The position numbers and the translations under genes were made by a program. The notes beneath the pieces are model-generated. The model saw only the letters and a list, made by a program, of their open reading frames with translations, was not told the origin of the DNA and searched no databases. Shown piece after piece: positions 18,246-28,018 of a DNA stretch of 64,000 nt. Origin of the DNA: Limisphaerales bacterium (GTDB lineage: Bacteria; Verrucomicrobiota; Verrucomicrobiia; Limisphaerales; AAA164-E04); contig OZ245740.1 of NCBI GenBank assembly GCA_965227305.1, positions 2,515,371-2,579,370 on the forward strand, written 5' to 3'. Positions within the stretch are counted from its first letter, which is position 1; every line of letters begins with the position of its first letter.

Positions 18246-20877
18246 ATGGCACTGGATCGCGTTTCAGTTCACCCATGCAGCCGCCCATTTTCTCTGGCAA
18301 GGCACCCTTATCGCACTCGCGACAGCGGCGCTGCTCCCTTGGCTCCGCCACCGTCCACACGGGCGTCACGCCCTCTTGATGGGCAGCCTCGTGTTACTGG
18401 CGCTCTGCCTACCTGCAAACTTCGCCCTGATCCACACCAACGCAACCCTCGGACTCCCCGACCATAAAGGCACCGCCAGTGGGTCGTCATTACCTACGCC
18501 CGCAAGTGACTCCTCGGACCATTCCCGAACGCTGGAACCGATCGGCCCCATTCCCTCCGGCATACCCGCCCGGAATCCCCAAACGAATGACGCGATCTGG
18601 TCCACACTCGCCCCTCCATTCGTGACAGCCTACGCACTAGGACTAGCTGCCATGTGCCTCCGACTCAGCATCGGATTTCGATACAGTCAAAGGTTGCGAC
18701 GCCGGGCCAAACCGCTCGTCGAGACGGAATGGCTTCCCGCACTGAAACGCGTGGGGCACCGCCTCAAACTCAAGTCGCTCCCCGCCTTGGCCTGGTCAAC
18801 CGAAGTCGCCACGCCCGTCGTCGTTGGAATCTTTCGCCCCATTGTCGTCGTACCTCAAGCCCTGCTCTCCAGCTTTACGGTTCAACAGATCGAGTCCATC
18901 CTGGCCCACGAGTTAGCCCATTTGCGACGATTCGATCCTTGGATCGTCGCCCTTCAACGGAGTCTTGAAACGATCCTGTTTTTTCATCCGGCAATCTGGT
19001 GGGCAAGTCGCCAAATGGATCAAGCCCGTGAGGAAGCCTGCGATGACATAGTCCTAACCAGCGGGATCGATCCGGCAGAGTATGCCACCGCATTGCTCCA
19101 TTGCTCTTCGGCAGCATCGCCTACGGAACCCATCCCGGCACTAGCGGCTTCGGGTCCGAGGGCCGGCTCGCTACGCCACCGGATCCTTAGGATTCTCGGC
19201 CACAGCCAAAACGAGACCGTTCGGCCCGGAGCGATGTGTTGGATTGCCACCGGGCTGCTGGTCTTGGCAGGGTTCGGCGCCACCACCCCATTTTCTCAGG
19301 CAGAGATCACCACCTCTGAACCGAGTTCGGAGTCCGCCAACGAATCGGGGATCGAACACAACGACGACTACGCAGCCATTCCGATCCGGGAAGACGAGCG
19401 GCCCCGCTTTCAAGAAATCGTTCAAGCTCTCGAAAGCAACCGTGAACACGCGATTAAGATGCTTAGAGAGAGCGCGGCTCGCGAAGGCTCCAGCGCGCGA
19501 TTCGATTTCCTACTCGGCAACCTCGATCAAAAAACCGGAAGGTTTGAAAGCGCCAAGAAGCACTTTCAAACCGCGATTGAGAAACACGATCGGTTCGCTC
19601 GTGCGCACAAGAATCTCGGCGTGGTGTGCGTGCAAAGCGGCGACTACGAGCAAGCAGCTACGGCCCTCCAACGAGCCCAAGCACTTGGCGAGGAGGATGC
19701 GACAACCCACGGTCTACTCGGCTATTCCCTCCTGAACCTCAAAGACTACACGAATGCGGAATCAGCCTATCAGAAAGCATTAGAACTTGCCCCGGGTAAC
19801 CGCGATTGGGAACTAGGCTTGGTCCAAGTCCTTTTGGCCAGCGGGAAAAACGCGAAAGCCGCAGCTTTGTTGGAACGCTACCCACTCGACCCTCAGATTC
19901 TCCGCCTCCAGGCCATCGCCTACCAAGGCATGAAGTCCAACTTGCTTGCAGCAAAGAACTACGAATTGATCCATCTCCTTGAAGGATCCAATCACAAAGA
20001 ACTAAAGACTTTGGGTGATCTCTACGTGTCGGAAGGGTTGTTTTCCGCCGGTAGTGACGCCTACCGGCGCGCCGTTGAAGCAGCCCCGGAGGCAGAAAAA
20101 ACCGCGCTGAATAACCGATCGGCCCAACTCCTTACCAATCTAGGCGCCTACGATGAAGCCGAACACCTGCTGAAGTTGGGCAACACGGACGCGAATCCGA
20201 CCAACGATCAGACATCAACTGACCGAGCGAGCGCGTTGAAACTACAGGCAAAAATCCGAATCCATCAAAACGATATCGAACCAGGCATACAGCTCCTTAA
20301 AGAAGCGCTTCGACTCGATCCTAACAACGGCGAAACCATGCTGCTCTTGGGCCAGCAATACGGCAAACAGGGTAACCTGACAGAAGCCATTCAACTGCTC
20401 GAACGTGCCGCGCAACACCCGGCAAGCGGCAATCAAGCACTCATTCGACACGCCCAATTGCTCGTAGAAATTGAACGCTATGAAGATGCGATCGTTCTCC
20501 TTAAAAAAGCACTGAGCCAAGAACCCAAGAACAACGTTGAGGCGTATCTGAAGCGTATCGAAGAACTGGCCGCTCGGGCACCCAGCAAGGCGAACGAAGC
20601 TCGGACAGCTCCGAATCCGGAACCCATCTCCATCGCGATCGACACGAACCAGCGAATTGTCTTCCAAGGCCGAGAGATTGGTATCGAAGGGATCCGCCCG
20701 TTGATTGAGAGACGATCTTCGGGGTCCAAACCCGTGGTCAAAATCAGCTCGGCCCGCGACGTGCCCAGTGCCATCGTTCTCCGAGTGGTGACGACGGTCA
20801 AGGAAGCGGGCGCCGAGAGAATTTCGATCTCCACTTACTCTCAAGAGCAGACACCATCCAACAACCCTCCCCGCTAA
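18235..20877 (+). CDS. BlaR1-like M56 membrane metallopeptidase with TPR repeats and ExbD/TolR-like C-terminal domain
   Basis: It has N-terminal TM segments, and the zinc motif HELAH sits in ILAHELAHLRRFDPW. Multiple TPR-like repeats follow (about aa 400-760). The last ~90 aa (ISIAIDTNQRIVFQGREI...PVVKISSARDVPSAIVLRVVTTVKEAGAERISIS) match the ExbD/TolR pattern. There is no penicillin-binding sensor domain. Confidence 0.85.
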   Translation: MTSEWHWIAFQFTHAAAHFLWQGTLIALATAALLPWLRHRPHGRHALLMGSLVLLALCLPANFALIHTNATLGLPDHKGTASGSSLPTPASDSSDHSRTLEPIGPIPSGIPARNPQTNDAIWSTLAPPFVTAYALGLAAMCLRLSIGFRYSQRLRRRAKPLVETEWLPALKRVGHRLKLKSLPALAWSTEVATPVVVGIFRPIVVVPQALLSSFTVQQIESILAHELAHLRRFDPWIVALQRSLETILFFHPAIWWASRQMDQAREEACDDIVLTSGIDPAEYATALLHCSSAASPTEPIPALAASGPRAGSLRHRILRILGHSQNETVRPGAMCWIATGLLVLAGFGATTPFSQAEITTSEPSSESANESGIEHNDDYAAIPIREDERPRFQEIVQALESNREHAIKMLRESAAREGSSARFDFLLGNLDQKTGRFESAKKHFQTAIEKHDRFARAHKNLGVVCVQSGDYEQAATALQRAQALGEEDATTHGLLGYSLLNLKDYTNAESAYQKALELAPGNRDWELGLVQVLLASGKNAKAAALLERYPLDPQILRLQAIAYQGMKSNLLAAKNYELIHLLEGSNHKELKTLGDLYVSEGLFSAGSDAYRRAVEAAPEAEKTALNNRSAQLLTNLGAYDEAEHLLKLGNTDANPTNDQTSTDRASALKLQAKIRIHQNDIEPGIQLLKEALRLDPNNGETMLLLGQQYGKQGNLTEAIQLLERAAQHPASGNQALIRHAQLLVEIERYEDAIVLLKKALSQEPKNNVEAYLKRIEELAARAPSKANEARTAPNPEPISIAIDTNQRIVFQGREIGIEGIRPLIERRSSGSKPVVKISSARDVPSAIVLRVVTTVKEAGAERISISTYSQEQTPSNNPPR

Positions 20878-20963
20878 CATACCGCCCCCGTTTGGAGTGC
20901 GAAAGCGATTCTGTAGTTTGCCCAACCGTCCCAAGAGGCCCGGACAATCTGAATAGCTACACG

Positions 20964-22739
20964 TCACCGCAAAGGCCACACCCAAAGGATCATCGGGATT
21001 GAAACCGCGATAATCAGAATCTCCAGCGGAAGCCCCATACGCCAATAATCCCCAAAACGATAACCACCCGGTCCCATAATCAAAGTATTGTTCTTGTGAC
21101 CGATCGGAGTCAGAAACGCACACGAAGCCGCCACCGCCACGGTCATCAGAAACGGATCCGGGTTCACCTCTAGCCGCTTGGCTAAATCGACCGCAATCGG
21201 CGCGGCAATCACGGCCGTTGCCGTGTTGTTCATCACATCCGACAAACACATCGTAACCACCATCAGTAACCCAAGAATAAAAACCGGAGAGAACCCAGAC
21301 GCCACCTTGACGATAGACTCTGCCACCAACGTGGCGCCCCCAACCGATTCCATCGCAGCCCCAATGGGAATCATGGATCCCAACAGAACGATCACCGGCC
21401 ATTCAACGGAATCGTACAGTTGGCGCAACGGGACGATGCCACAACCGATCAAGATAACCACTGCAGCAGCCAGTGCCACAGGAAGATACAGGATTCCCAA
21501 ACTCGCCAACAGAACCGCAATGCCGAAGATCCCGGCAGCAAGCGCCCCTTTGTTTCGCTGAAGCACTGAGACATCCGATCCAGCCAGCGGCAGACACCCC
21601 AACCACCGGATCGTGTCCTCAAGACTCCCCGCATCGCCCAACAAAAGTAAGACATCACCGGGTAGAATCTCCATCTTCCGGACTCGATCCGTGATCCGCT
21701 TGCCTTGCCGCGACACCCCAACCAAAGTCACCCCACGGCGAGAGAGCAATCGAAGGGACATCGCTGAGCGCCCCGCAATTCGTGCCGAATCCGGCACCAC
21801 AACCTCGTGAAAAACCAACCCTGGAGCAGCTCCTTTCTCTCCTAGTTTCCGGGCATATTCGAGCCCAACCTGGCCCACGAATTTTTCCAAATTCTCGGGA
21901 GCCGCTTTGATCGTCAGAATATCTCCCTTCCGAATCACGACTCGCCGGGCAGCACCGGGCAACCGATCGCCACGCCGGACCAGCCCCACGATCTCAACGT
22001 CATTCTCCTGGGCCACATCATCCAGTTCCGCAACTTTCTTCCCCTCGGCACTGCTCTCCTCAGACACCTTAACCTCAGCCACATAGCCTTCCGTCTCTCG
22101 CATCTCTCGGGGAATATCATGCTTGGTATTCGCGGCTGGGATGAGTCGCCAGCCCACCGTGGCAACAAACACCACCCCCACCAACGCACACACCAAACCC
22201 ACGGGGGTGAAATCAAACATTCCGTAGGGCTCTCCGAGTGCGCTGGCACGGAATTCCGCGATCACAATATTCGGAGGGGTCCCGATCAAAGTAATCATCC
22301 CACCCAGAATGGAAGCGAACGAAAGTGGCATCAGCGTTAGAGCGGGACTCCGTTTGCTCTTTTCAGCGGCTTGAAGATCCACCGGCATGAGCATTGCCAA
22401 AGCGGCTACGTTGTTCATCAAGGCCGACAGCGAAGCCGCGAGTGCCGACATGATGGTAATATGAGTTCCGAGCGAGCGAGCCGTCCCCATAAACACGCGG
22501 CCGAGGAACTCGATCACCCCAGAATTCGCCAGCGCGTGGCTCACGATCAAAACCAACGCAATAATCACCGTGGCGGGATGACCAAACCCCGAGAAGGCCT
22601 CTTTGGTCGGGACCACTCCCACGATGACCGCCATCGTCAGCGCTCCGAAAGCGACCAAATCATACCGCCATCGCCCCCAAATCAGGAGCGCAAACACCAC
22701 TCCAAGAAGTCCAAATACCGTAAGTTGTTCCGTAGTCAT
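20964..22739 (-). CDS. SLC13/DASS-family permease with two central TrkA-C (RCK_C) domains
   Basis: It has many TM segments, and the central soluble part carries two RCK_C-like repeats (GYVAEVKVSEESSAEGKKVAELD..., LVFHEVVVPDSARIAGRSAMSL...). The likely start is ATG 22739 (MTTEQLTVFGLLG); the ORF track extends it to 22817. Confidence 0.85.
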   Translation of the reverse strand: MTTEQLTVFGLLGVVFALLIWGRWRYDLVAFGALTMAVIVGVVPTKEAFSGFGHPATVIIALVLIVSHALANSGVIEFLGRVFMGTARSLGTHITIMSALAASLSALMNNVAALAMLMPVDLQAAEKSKRSPALTLMPLSFASILGGMITLIGTPPNIVIAEFRASALGEPYGMFDFTPVGLVCALVGVVFVATVGWRLIPAANTKHDIPREMRETEGYVAEVKVSEESSAEGKKVAELDDVAQENDVEIVGLVRRGDRLPGAARRVVIRKGDILTIKAAPENLEKFVGQVGLEYARKLGEKGAAPGLVFHEVVVPDSARIAGRSAMSLRLLSRRGVTLVGVSRQGKRITDRVRKMEILPGDVLLLLGDAGSLEDTIRWLGCLPLAGSDVSVLQRNKGALAAGIFGIAVLLASLGILYLPVALAAAVVILIGCGIVPLRQLYDSVEWPVIVLLGSMIPIGAAMESVGGATLVAESIVKVASGFSPVFILGLLMVVTMCLSDVMNNTATAVIAAPIAVDLAKRLEVNPDPFLMTVAVAASCAFLTPIGHKNNTLIMGPGGYRFGDYWRMGLPLEILIIAVSIPMILWVWPLR

Positions 22740-22954
22740 GCTGAATTCCCTGACGTCATTCTCCGCCCCTCGTCTCTCGCCCCGTTGATTCGGCCCACCC
22801 GCGAAATGACACGGCACCTACCAAACGGACTCGGAACAGTCCAACAGATCCGGAACGCCCGAGTCAAAATGATTCTAACGTTCAGAAGTAGCCACCAAAG
22901 CCCCCTCGATTCCCTCTTCCTGGAACACAGCCCGGATCGATCCATGCGAAGCAA

Positions 22955-23143
22955 ATGGTGGGGCGAGCGTACCCGCGAGCCGTTCGCGACATTCGTGATC
23001 GATCGAAGAAAGCCGTCCGTTGCGCACCGACGGCAACCGCCAATCCTTAGGACTTTGGGGGTTCTATCGCGGTGCGCCTTGATCTTTTTCAGGCTGGCGG
23101 CTCCCCTCGTGCCGACGGCTCGCGGGTACGCTCGCCCCACCAT
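22955..23143. repeat. MITE-like intergenic repeat, copy 2 (complete, 29-bp perfect terminal inverted repeats)
   Basis: The left end ATGGTGGGGCGAGCGTACCCGCGAGCCGT (22955-22983) has its exact reverse complement at 23115-23143. The core ccaatccttaggactttgggggttctatcgcggtgcgccttgatc is shared with copy 3. Confidence 0.75.
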
Positions 23144-23237
23144 CCGGAAACAATGCCCCCGTTTTCATTTAGGGTCGTGCCGGTCGAGACCTACGATATC
23201 GCTCGCCGATGGATGGCAGGCTGCTACGATTCGAGTC

Positions 23238-24329
23238 ATGAATCGACGTGCTTTTATTGCATCCACTCTTGGCATTCCGTGTGGCATTTCACTCCAAGCC
23301 GCCGTTCATCGCCATGACTTCGACGCCGCCGCACAGATTCTGACTCGCGCCACAGAATCCGGCCAAGTTACTGCAGCCACCCTCCTCGTCCGCCAATCGA
23401 GTCGGACCTTCAGCCAGGTCTTCGGCGAAGCGTCCTCAATCGACGCCAACTTCCTCCTAGCCTCCCTCTCCAAACCGATTAGCTGCTGCGCATTCATGAC
23501 CCTGTTCGACCAAAAGGAATTCCAGCTCGACGATCCCGTTGCCAAGTTCCTGCCTGAGTTCAAAGGCGAGGGTCGCGAACGGATCACCATCCAACACCTA
23601 CTCACCCACACCTCAGGCCTTCCCGATCAACTCCCGGAGAACGCCGAACTCCGAGCCCGGCACGCCCCGTTAAGCGAGTTTGTCCAACGAGCCATCCGCA
23701 CGCCCCTCCGTTTCCCTCCCGGCACACGTTATGGCTATGCCAGCATGGGAATCCTCCTAGTCAGCGAAATTGCCCAACGCATTACGAATCAAACCTTTGC
23801 GACCTTCGTTCACGAAACGGTCTACACACCACTGAAGATGGCACACTCCGCGATGGGAATTGGGAGCTTGGACCCCCTCAAACTCCAACAATGCCAAGTG
23901 GCCCAAGCCGCCCCGGAATCCGGGGCGGGCAATCCGGAAAGTCGCACATGGAACTGGAACAGCCACTACTGGAGGCGCCTCGGCGCCCCCTGGGGTGGCG
24001 CGCACGGATCGGCAGCCGATGTGGCTCGTTTTCTCGAAGCGTTTGTCCACCCCACGAACCGAGTCCTCCGTGAACCCACCAGCCGCCTCATGACCCAAAA
24101 CCACAATCCCAGCGGCCTTCGCCCCCGCGGACTCGGTTTCGACATCAGTCCAAACATTGGCCCTCAATCCAGCACCACCGCCTTTGGTCACACCGGATCG
24201 ACTGGAACCCTCTGCTGGGCGGACCGCAAATCGGATACGATCTGCGTTGTGCTAACAACCCTCCCAGCAAGGGCGGCAAAGCCCCATCCGCGCAACCAAG
24301 TCAGCCAAGCCATCGAACGAGCCAGCTAA
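23238..24329 (+). CDS. Serine hydrolase, beta-lactamase family (paralog 2 of 3), Tat-like signal
   Basis: It starts MNRRAFIASTLGIPCG and has the S-x-x-K motif in LASLSKPIS. HTSGLPD and GHTGSTGT are also present. The track ORF 22371..24329 has a spurious 5' extension. Confidence 0.85.
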   Translation: MNRRAFIASTLGIPCGISLQAAVHRHDFDAAAQILTRATESGQVTAATLLVRQSSRTFSQVFGEASSIDANFLLASLSKPISCCAFMTLFDQKEFQLDDPVAKFLPEFKGEGRERITIQHLLTHTSGLPDQLPENAELRARHAPLSEFVQRAIRTPLRFPPGTRYGYASMGILLVSEIAQRITNQTFATFVHETVYTPLKMAHSAMGIGSLDPLKLQQCQVAQAAPESGAGNPESRTWNWNSHYWRRLGAPWGGAHGSAADVARFLEAFVHPTNRVLREPTSRLMTQNHNPSGLRPRGLGFDISPNIGPQSSTTAFGHTGSTGTLCWADRKSDTICVVLTTLPARAAKPHPRNQVSQAIERAS

Positions 24330-24344
24330 CTAGCTAGCCCCCCC

Positions 24345-24490
24345 GGTAGGGCGAGCGTACTAGACTGTGTGAAAAATCCCGTTGGCAACTCCATCGCGGT
24401 GGTCAAAGCGAGAGCGGAGCTGTCGCTTTCACACTCTCTTACCTGCAGGTGGAAAAGGACTTTTTGCACAGTCTGGTACCCGCGAGCCGT
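24345..24490. repeat. Solo terminal repeat of the MITE-like family, split by a 115-bp insertion
   Basis: GGTAGGGCGAGCGTAC (24345-24360) and GTACCCGCGAGCCGT (24476-24490) together reconstitute the family motif GGGCGAGCGTACCCGCGAGCCGT, with GTAC present twice. Confidence 0.65.
24361..24475. mobile_element. 115-bp miniature insertion with 18-bp imperfect terminal inverted repeats and a GTAC target-site duplication
   Basis: The left end is (T)AGACTGTGTGAAAAATCC and the reverse complement of the right end is (C)AGACTGTGCAAAAAGTCC (15/18 identical, first 8 perfect). It is flanked by GTAC at 24357-24360 and 24476-24479. It has no coding capacity. Confidence 0.55.
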
Positions 24491-24566
24491 TGGGCAAGGA
24501 CAGCAAACGCAAAACTCAACAGGCCAGTCGGACACCCGTCATGAGAACGACAATAAAAACGCACCC

Positions 24567-25499
24567 CTAGTTATCCGTTTCTCCGTCAAGCAAACCGAAA
24601 TTCTTGGCGTGAAACAGCATGATCACTGGCCCCACCGTTTCGTAGATTTTAGTGGCACTGTGCCCAACACCTCCGGCAATGGTCGTTTGATATGGGATCT
24701 GCAACTCATCAAGGAAGCCCATGTAGGCCAAATTGTTGTCGTAGTTAAACCCTTTGGTTCCCACATGAATCAGGATCGGCAAACTCGGCACCCTACTTTT
24801 CGCATAGGCGCGCGCGCGATCGTAAGCGTTATGTCCCGGCAGAAACTTTAATTCCTCGTTCTCCCACCCGTCGTTCTCAGAAATACGCTTCTCGGTCGCA
24901 TAGCCCGAACCGCCCGGAGACGCACTGGCGAAAAGTTCGGGATAGGCAAACAGGATCCGCGTGGTGCCACGTCCACCTTGAGAGAATCCTTCGATACCAC
25001 GCCCTTCTCGCGAAGCAATGGTCCGATAGGTCGCATCGATGTGAGGAATGAGTTCGCGAATAAAAAGATCCTCTCCCATCGAATCGAACTGCGGCACGTT
25101 GTAATGACTCACCTTCCCCCCATTCACAAAGACATAGATCATGGGTGGAACCGCACCTGAACGAATATGCTTATCGAAGAGAGCCGCCATCCGAACGGTT
25201 TTCGCCTCATTCCCGGGTCGCCCACCGTGAAGGTAATACACCACTGGAAAGCGCGCCACGGAGCCCTCATATTGCGGTGGCAGATACACACAGTAACCAA
25301 TCGCATGCCCCCGTGACGGACTCTGGAAAGTGCCATGACGCAATCCCGAGATTTGAAACTTCTCGGGAATTGGATTCACCCACTGAAACTTCGTAATCCA
25401 ATCCTCCAAACGCTTCGCTTCTTGTCCATTGCCAAGCAATGGCAATAAGAGCGTCATCCAAACCAGGCAGCTAGGAGTCAATCTCATCATCGGTTTCAA
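24567..25499 (-). CDS. Secreted esterase (alpha/beta hydrolase, putative-esterase/CE1-like family)
   Basis: It has a signal peptide, the segment FPVVYYLHGGRPGNE, and the nucleophile elbow GFSQGG. Confidence 0.85.
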   Translation of the reverse strand: MKPMMRLTPSCLVWMTLLLPLLGNGQEAKRLEDWITKFQWVNPIPEKFQISGLRHGTFQSPSRGHAIGYCVYLPPQYEGSVARFPVVYYLHGGRPGNEAKTVRMAALFDKHIRSGAVPPMIYVFVNGGKVSHYNVPQFDSMGEDLFIRELIPHIDATYRTIASREGRGIEGFSQGGRGTTRILFAYPELFASASPGGSGYATEKRISENDGWENEELKFLPGHNAYDRARAYAKSRVPSLPILIHVGTKGFNYDNNLAYMGFLDELQIPYQTTIAGGVGHSATKIYETVGPVIMLFHAKNFGLLDGETDN

Positions 25500-25788
25500 A
25501 CCTCCAGCCTAGTGCCCGCCAACCTGAAGTCAACGCCCTCTACATGACGCCATCAAGCATCGAAATCCTCCACCGGCAACCGACGTGTCCCAACTCACTT
25601 CATTCCCTTTGCGTTGTAAAACGCATCACATTTCGGACACGCCCATGCCTTCCCCGGAATAATCGGAAACTTCGACCGGTAATACGGCCCTGAATTGACG
25701 AACGATTCGCCCGGAACATAGAAGGTATCGCGCGACCCGACTCTTAGGGGTCGAAATACGACACACAACACCAACTCACTCAAAGATA

Positions 25789-26760
25789 ATGAACACCAAT
25801 TACACGCTATCGAAAGCACTCGGCGCTGGCCTCCTGGGAATGGCCACTATGTTCAACACGTCGCAAGCCGATGAAATCAGCGGCGACGAATCCCTTCCCA
25901 CTCACGCCAGCGTAACTGAGCATCTGAAGGCAATCGTCGCCGAAAACAACGCCGGGTTCGGCCTCAACATGTGGGCTACGATCGTCAATCGCGACGGGAT
26001 CGTTCACACCGTGGCGATGTCCGGCGACAACCGCGGAGAACAATGGCCAGGAAGTCGCGTCATCTCCGCTCAGAAAGCGAATACCGCCAACGCCTTTAGC
26101 CTTCCCGGTTTGGCGCTTTCAACGGCCAACCTCTTCACCGCCGTCCAGCCCGGCAACAGCCTGTTCGGACTTCAGTTCAGCAATCCCGTCGATACCATGA
26201 ACGCGTATGCCGGACCGTCCGAAGTCTACGGCACCGCTAACGATCCCTTGGTCGGGATGAAAAGCGGCGGCGTCAATGTCTTCGGTGGCGGTCTCCCTCT
26301 CTATGACGCTACCGGCAAACTCGTCGGCGCGGTCGGTGTCAGCGGGGACACCTCGTGCACGGATCACGTGATCGCTTGGAAACTCCGCCACGCGCTGGAA
26401 CTCGACTACGTTCCTGGGGGCGTCCATCCGACCCGCGGCGACGACAGCATTGTGTTCGACCAGACCAGCGGCTGGGCACACCCCGTCTGTGACGACAACG
26501 TGGCTGCCGTAGCAGAAGCTCTCCCCGCCCCGCGGCAAGTCGCCGGAATGGAACGGCTCTCCCGCGCTCGGATCACCCCACAGGGACTCTTCCAATTCAT
26601 GGTCTCCGGGGCTCCCAACGAATCCCTGGCCGTCGAAGCGTCAGAAGACCTCAATACCTGGCGCCAAGTCGGGGCCGTCACCACGGATGCCTTGGGCAGC
26701 GCCACCTATGAGGAACCAGCCAACGAGGCAACCCGTGCCTTTCGAACCTTGAAACAGTAG
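25789..26760 (+). CDS. GlcG/HbpS-like (DUF336) heme-binding-type protein with C-terminal beta-sandwich tail
   Basis: The DUF336 pattern reads MWATIVNRDGIVHTVAMSGD...SRVISAQKANTANAF...GGLPLYDATGKLVGAVGVSGDTSCTDHVIA. A signal peptide is present. Confidence 0.8.
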   Translation: MNTNYTLSKALGAGLLGMATMFNTSQADEISGDESLPTHASVTEHLKAIVAENNAGFGLNMWATIVNRDGIVHTVAMSGDNRGEQWPGSRVISAQKANTANAFSLPGLALSTANLFTAVQPGNSLFGLQFSNPVDTMNAYAGPSEVYGTANDPLVGMKSGGVNVFGGGLPLYDATGKLVGAVGVSGDTSCTDHVIAWKLRHALELDYVPGGVHPTRGDDSIVFDQTSGWAHPVCDDNVAAVAEALPAPRQVAGMERLSRARITPQGLFQFMVSGAPNESLAVEASEDLNTWRQVGAVTTDALGSATYEEPANEATRAFRTLKQ

Positions 26761-26773
26761 GCACAACCGTCGC

Positions 26774-26806
26774 GCTCGTCAGGCCGGTGAGAACCGCCTG
26801 ACGAGC
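26774..26806. terminator. Hairpin between convergent genes (possible bidirectional terminator, no U-tract)
   Basis: GCTCGTCAGGC (26774-26784) pairs perfectly with GCCTGACGAGC (26796-26806), giving an 11-bp stem. Confidence 0.4.
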
Positions 26807-26839
26807 CTTACCCACCAGAGACTCGCACTCTCGATTTCC

Positions 26840-27841
26840 CTACGCCGCAGCCACCCGCATCGCTTCCGGAGTCATCCCCGTCCAATCGCGGAATGCCCGG
26901 AAGAAGGAACTGGGTTCTTCGTAGCCGATCAAATAGGAGATCTCGGCATACGCAAGCTTGGTATCGGCCACGTAGTGCCGCGCGAGTTGCTCCCGGGTTT
27001 GTCCCACGACTTCTTTGTATGACACGCCCTCGGAACGAAGATTCCGTTGGAGTGTTCGGGCACTCACCCCGAGGCGCCGAGCAGTATCGTCGATCGAACT
27101 CTGCCCGCTGGGAAGCCCCTCAAGAAGCACGTTTCGGACGCGTTCGGCTAAGGGCGCTTCCGCCTGGAGTTGGGTCAGACGACGCCGAAGCTCGGGTTTA
27201 AATGTTTCCCAGATCGCCTCATTCGCGGTGAGAAAAGGTCGTTCGACGTCTGCCTTTGAAAAGGTGACGCCATTCCGATCCGACCGCTTCGGCGCCACAC
27301 CAAAAAACGTTTCGTAGGCCTCCCTCGGCTCAAGCCGATGACAACACTCAACTCGCTGGGGTTGAATCTTCTCCCGAGTCCCAATCCGAGCCATCTGCGT
27401 CATAAAGGCCAGTTCCAAGGCGACAAACGTTTCCGGCGAACGTACTGTCGGATCATCCCAATCGAAACCGACGAACAGCCCTGCCGCTTCTTCGTCAATG
27501 CGAACCGTCATCGGTGCGCAGAGTTTCTTATATTGGGCTAAGCGACCGACCGCGATCTTGAAGTTGGGACTACAAAGGGCGGCGAAGATCGGCGGGTGAA
27601 AGGCTGCCGGTGAGACGAGCTGCACCAGCGTCAATGGAAGCAGCGGATCCGCGGCCTCTAGCTCAATGGCTCCCCAGAGACGGAAATACTCGTCGACGCT
27701 CACACGGGGATTCTCCCGGGTCAAAAGATCGAGGGGCAACTCGGCCCGACGCAGTACATTCTCCTCATTGATTCCGAGGTCCTTAACGGCTATCGCCCAG
27801 ACCCGCTCCAAGGACACCGGCTTCTTCGAATCTTCATTCAT
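26840..27841 (-). CDS. AraC family transcriptional regulator (N-terminal ligand-binding-like domain + C-terminal double HTH)
   Basis: The C-terminus reads ARRLGVSARTLQRNLRSEGVSYKEVVGQTREQLARHYV...ISYLIGYEEPSSFFRAFRDWTGMTPEAMR. Confidence 0.9.
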   Translation of the reverse strand: MNEDSKKPVSLERVWAIAVKDLGINEENVLRRAELPLDLLTRENPRVSVDEYFRLWGAIELEAADPLLPLTLVQLVSPAAFHPPIFAALCSPNFKIAVGRLAQYKKLCAPMTVRIDEEAAGLFVGFDWDDPTVRSPETFVALELAFMTQMARIGTREKIQPQRVECCHRLEPREAYETFFGVAPKRSDRNGVTFSKADVERPFLTANEAIWETFKPELRRRLTQLQAEAPLAERVRNVLLEGLPSGQSSIDDTARRLGVSARTLQRNLRSEGVSYKEVVGQTREQLARHYVADTKLAYAEISYLIGYEEPSSFFRAFRDWTGMTPEAMRVAAA

Positions 27842-28018
27842 CGCGCTTCCACCTTACCCCGTTTCAAATCCTTGTCATTGACATTACCCGCCAAGCCATA
27901 GGCAGAAAACGCCAATTTGGCGTCTTTCGACAACGATATGGCGGGGCAAGCGAATGACACAAACCGCAAACCAGTGCACTATTACCTCAACGAAAACAGC
28001 TTATCATTGGGATAAACT

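Noticed and set aside
20242-21402. The 386-aa minus-strand ORF
   Set aside because: It overlaps the 3' end of the BlaR1-like gene (antisense) and the 3' part of the SLC13 permease gene in another frame. It has no recognisable motifs.
22371-23237. The N-terminal 289 codons of track ORF 22371..24329
   Set aside because: They run antisense through the SLC13 gene and across MITE copy 2. The real gene begins at the Tat-like MNRRAFIASTLG (ATG 23238).
25595-25819. The 74-aa minus-strand ORF (…CPKCDAFYNAKGMK)
   Set aside because: Its 5' end overlaps the start of the GlcG-like gene. It has only one C-x-x-C, no internal Met and no recognisable family. It is possibly a real small protein, but this cannot be supported from sequence alone.
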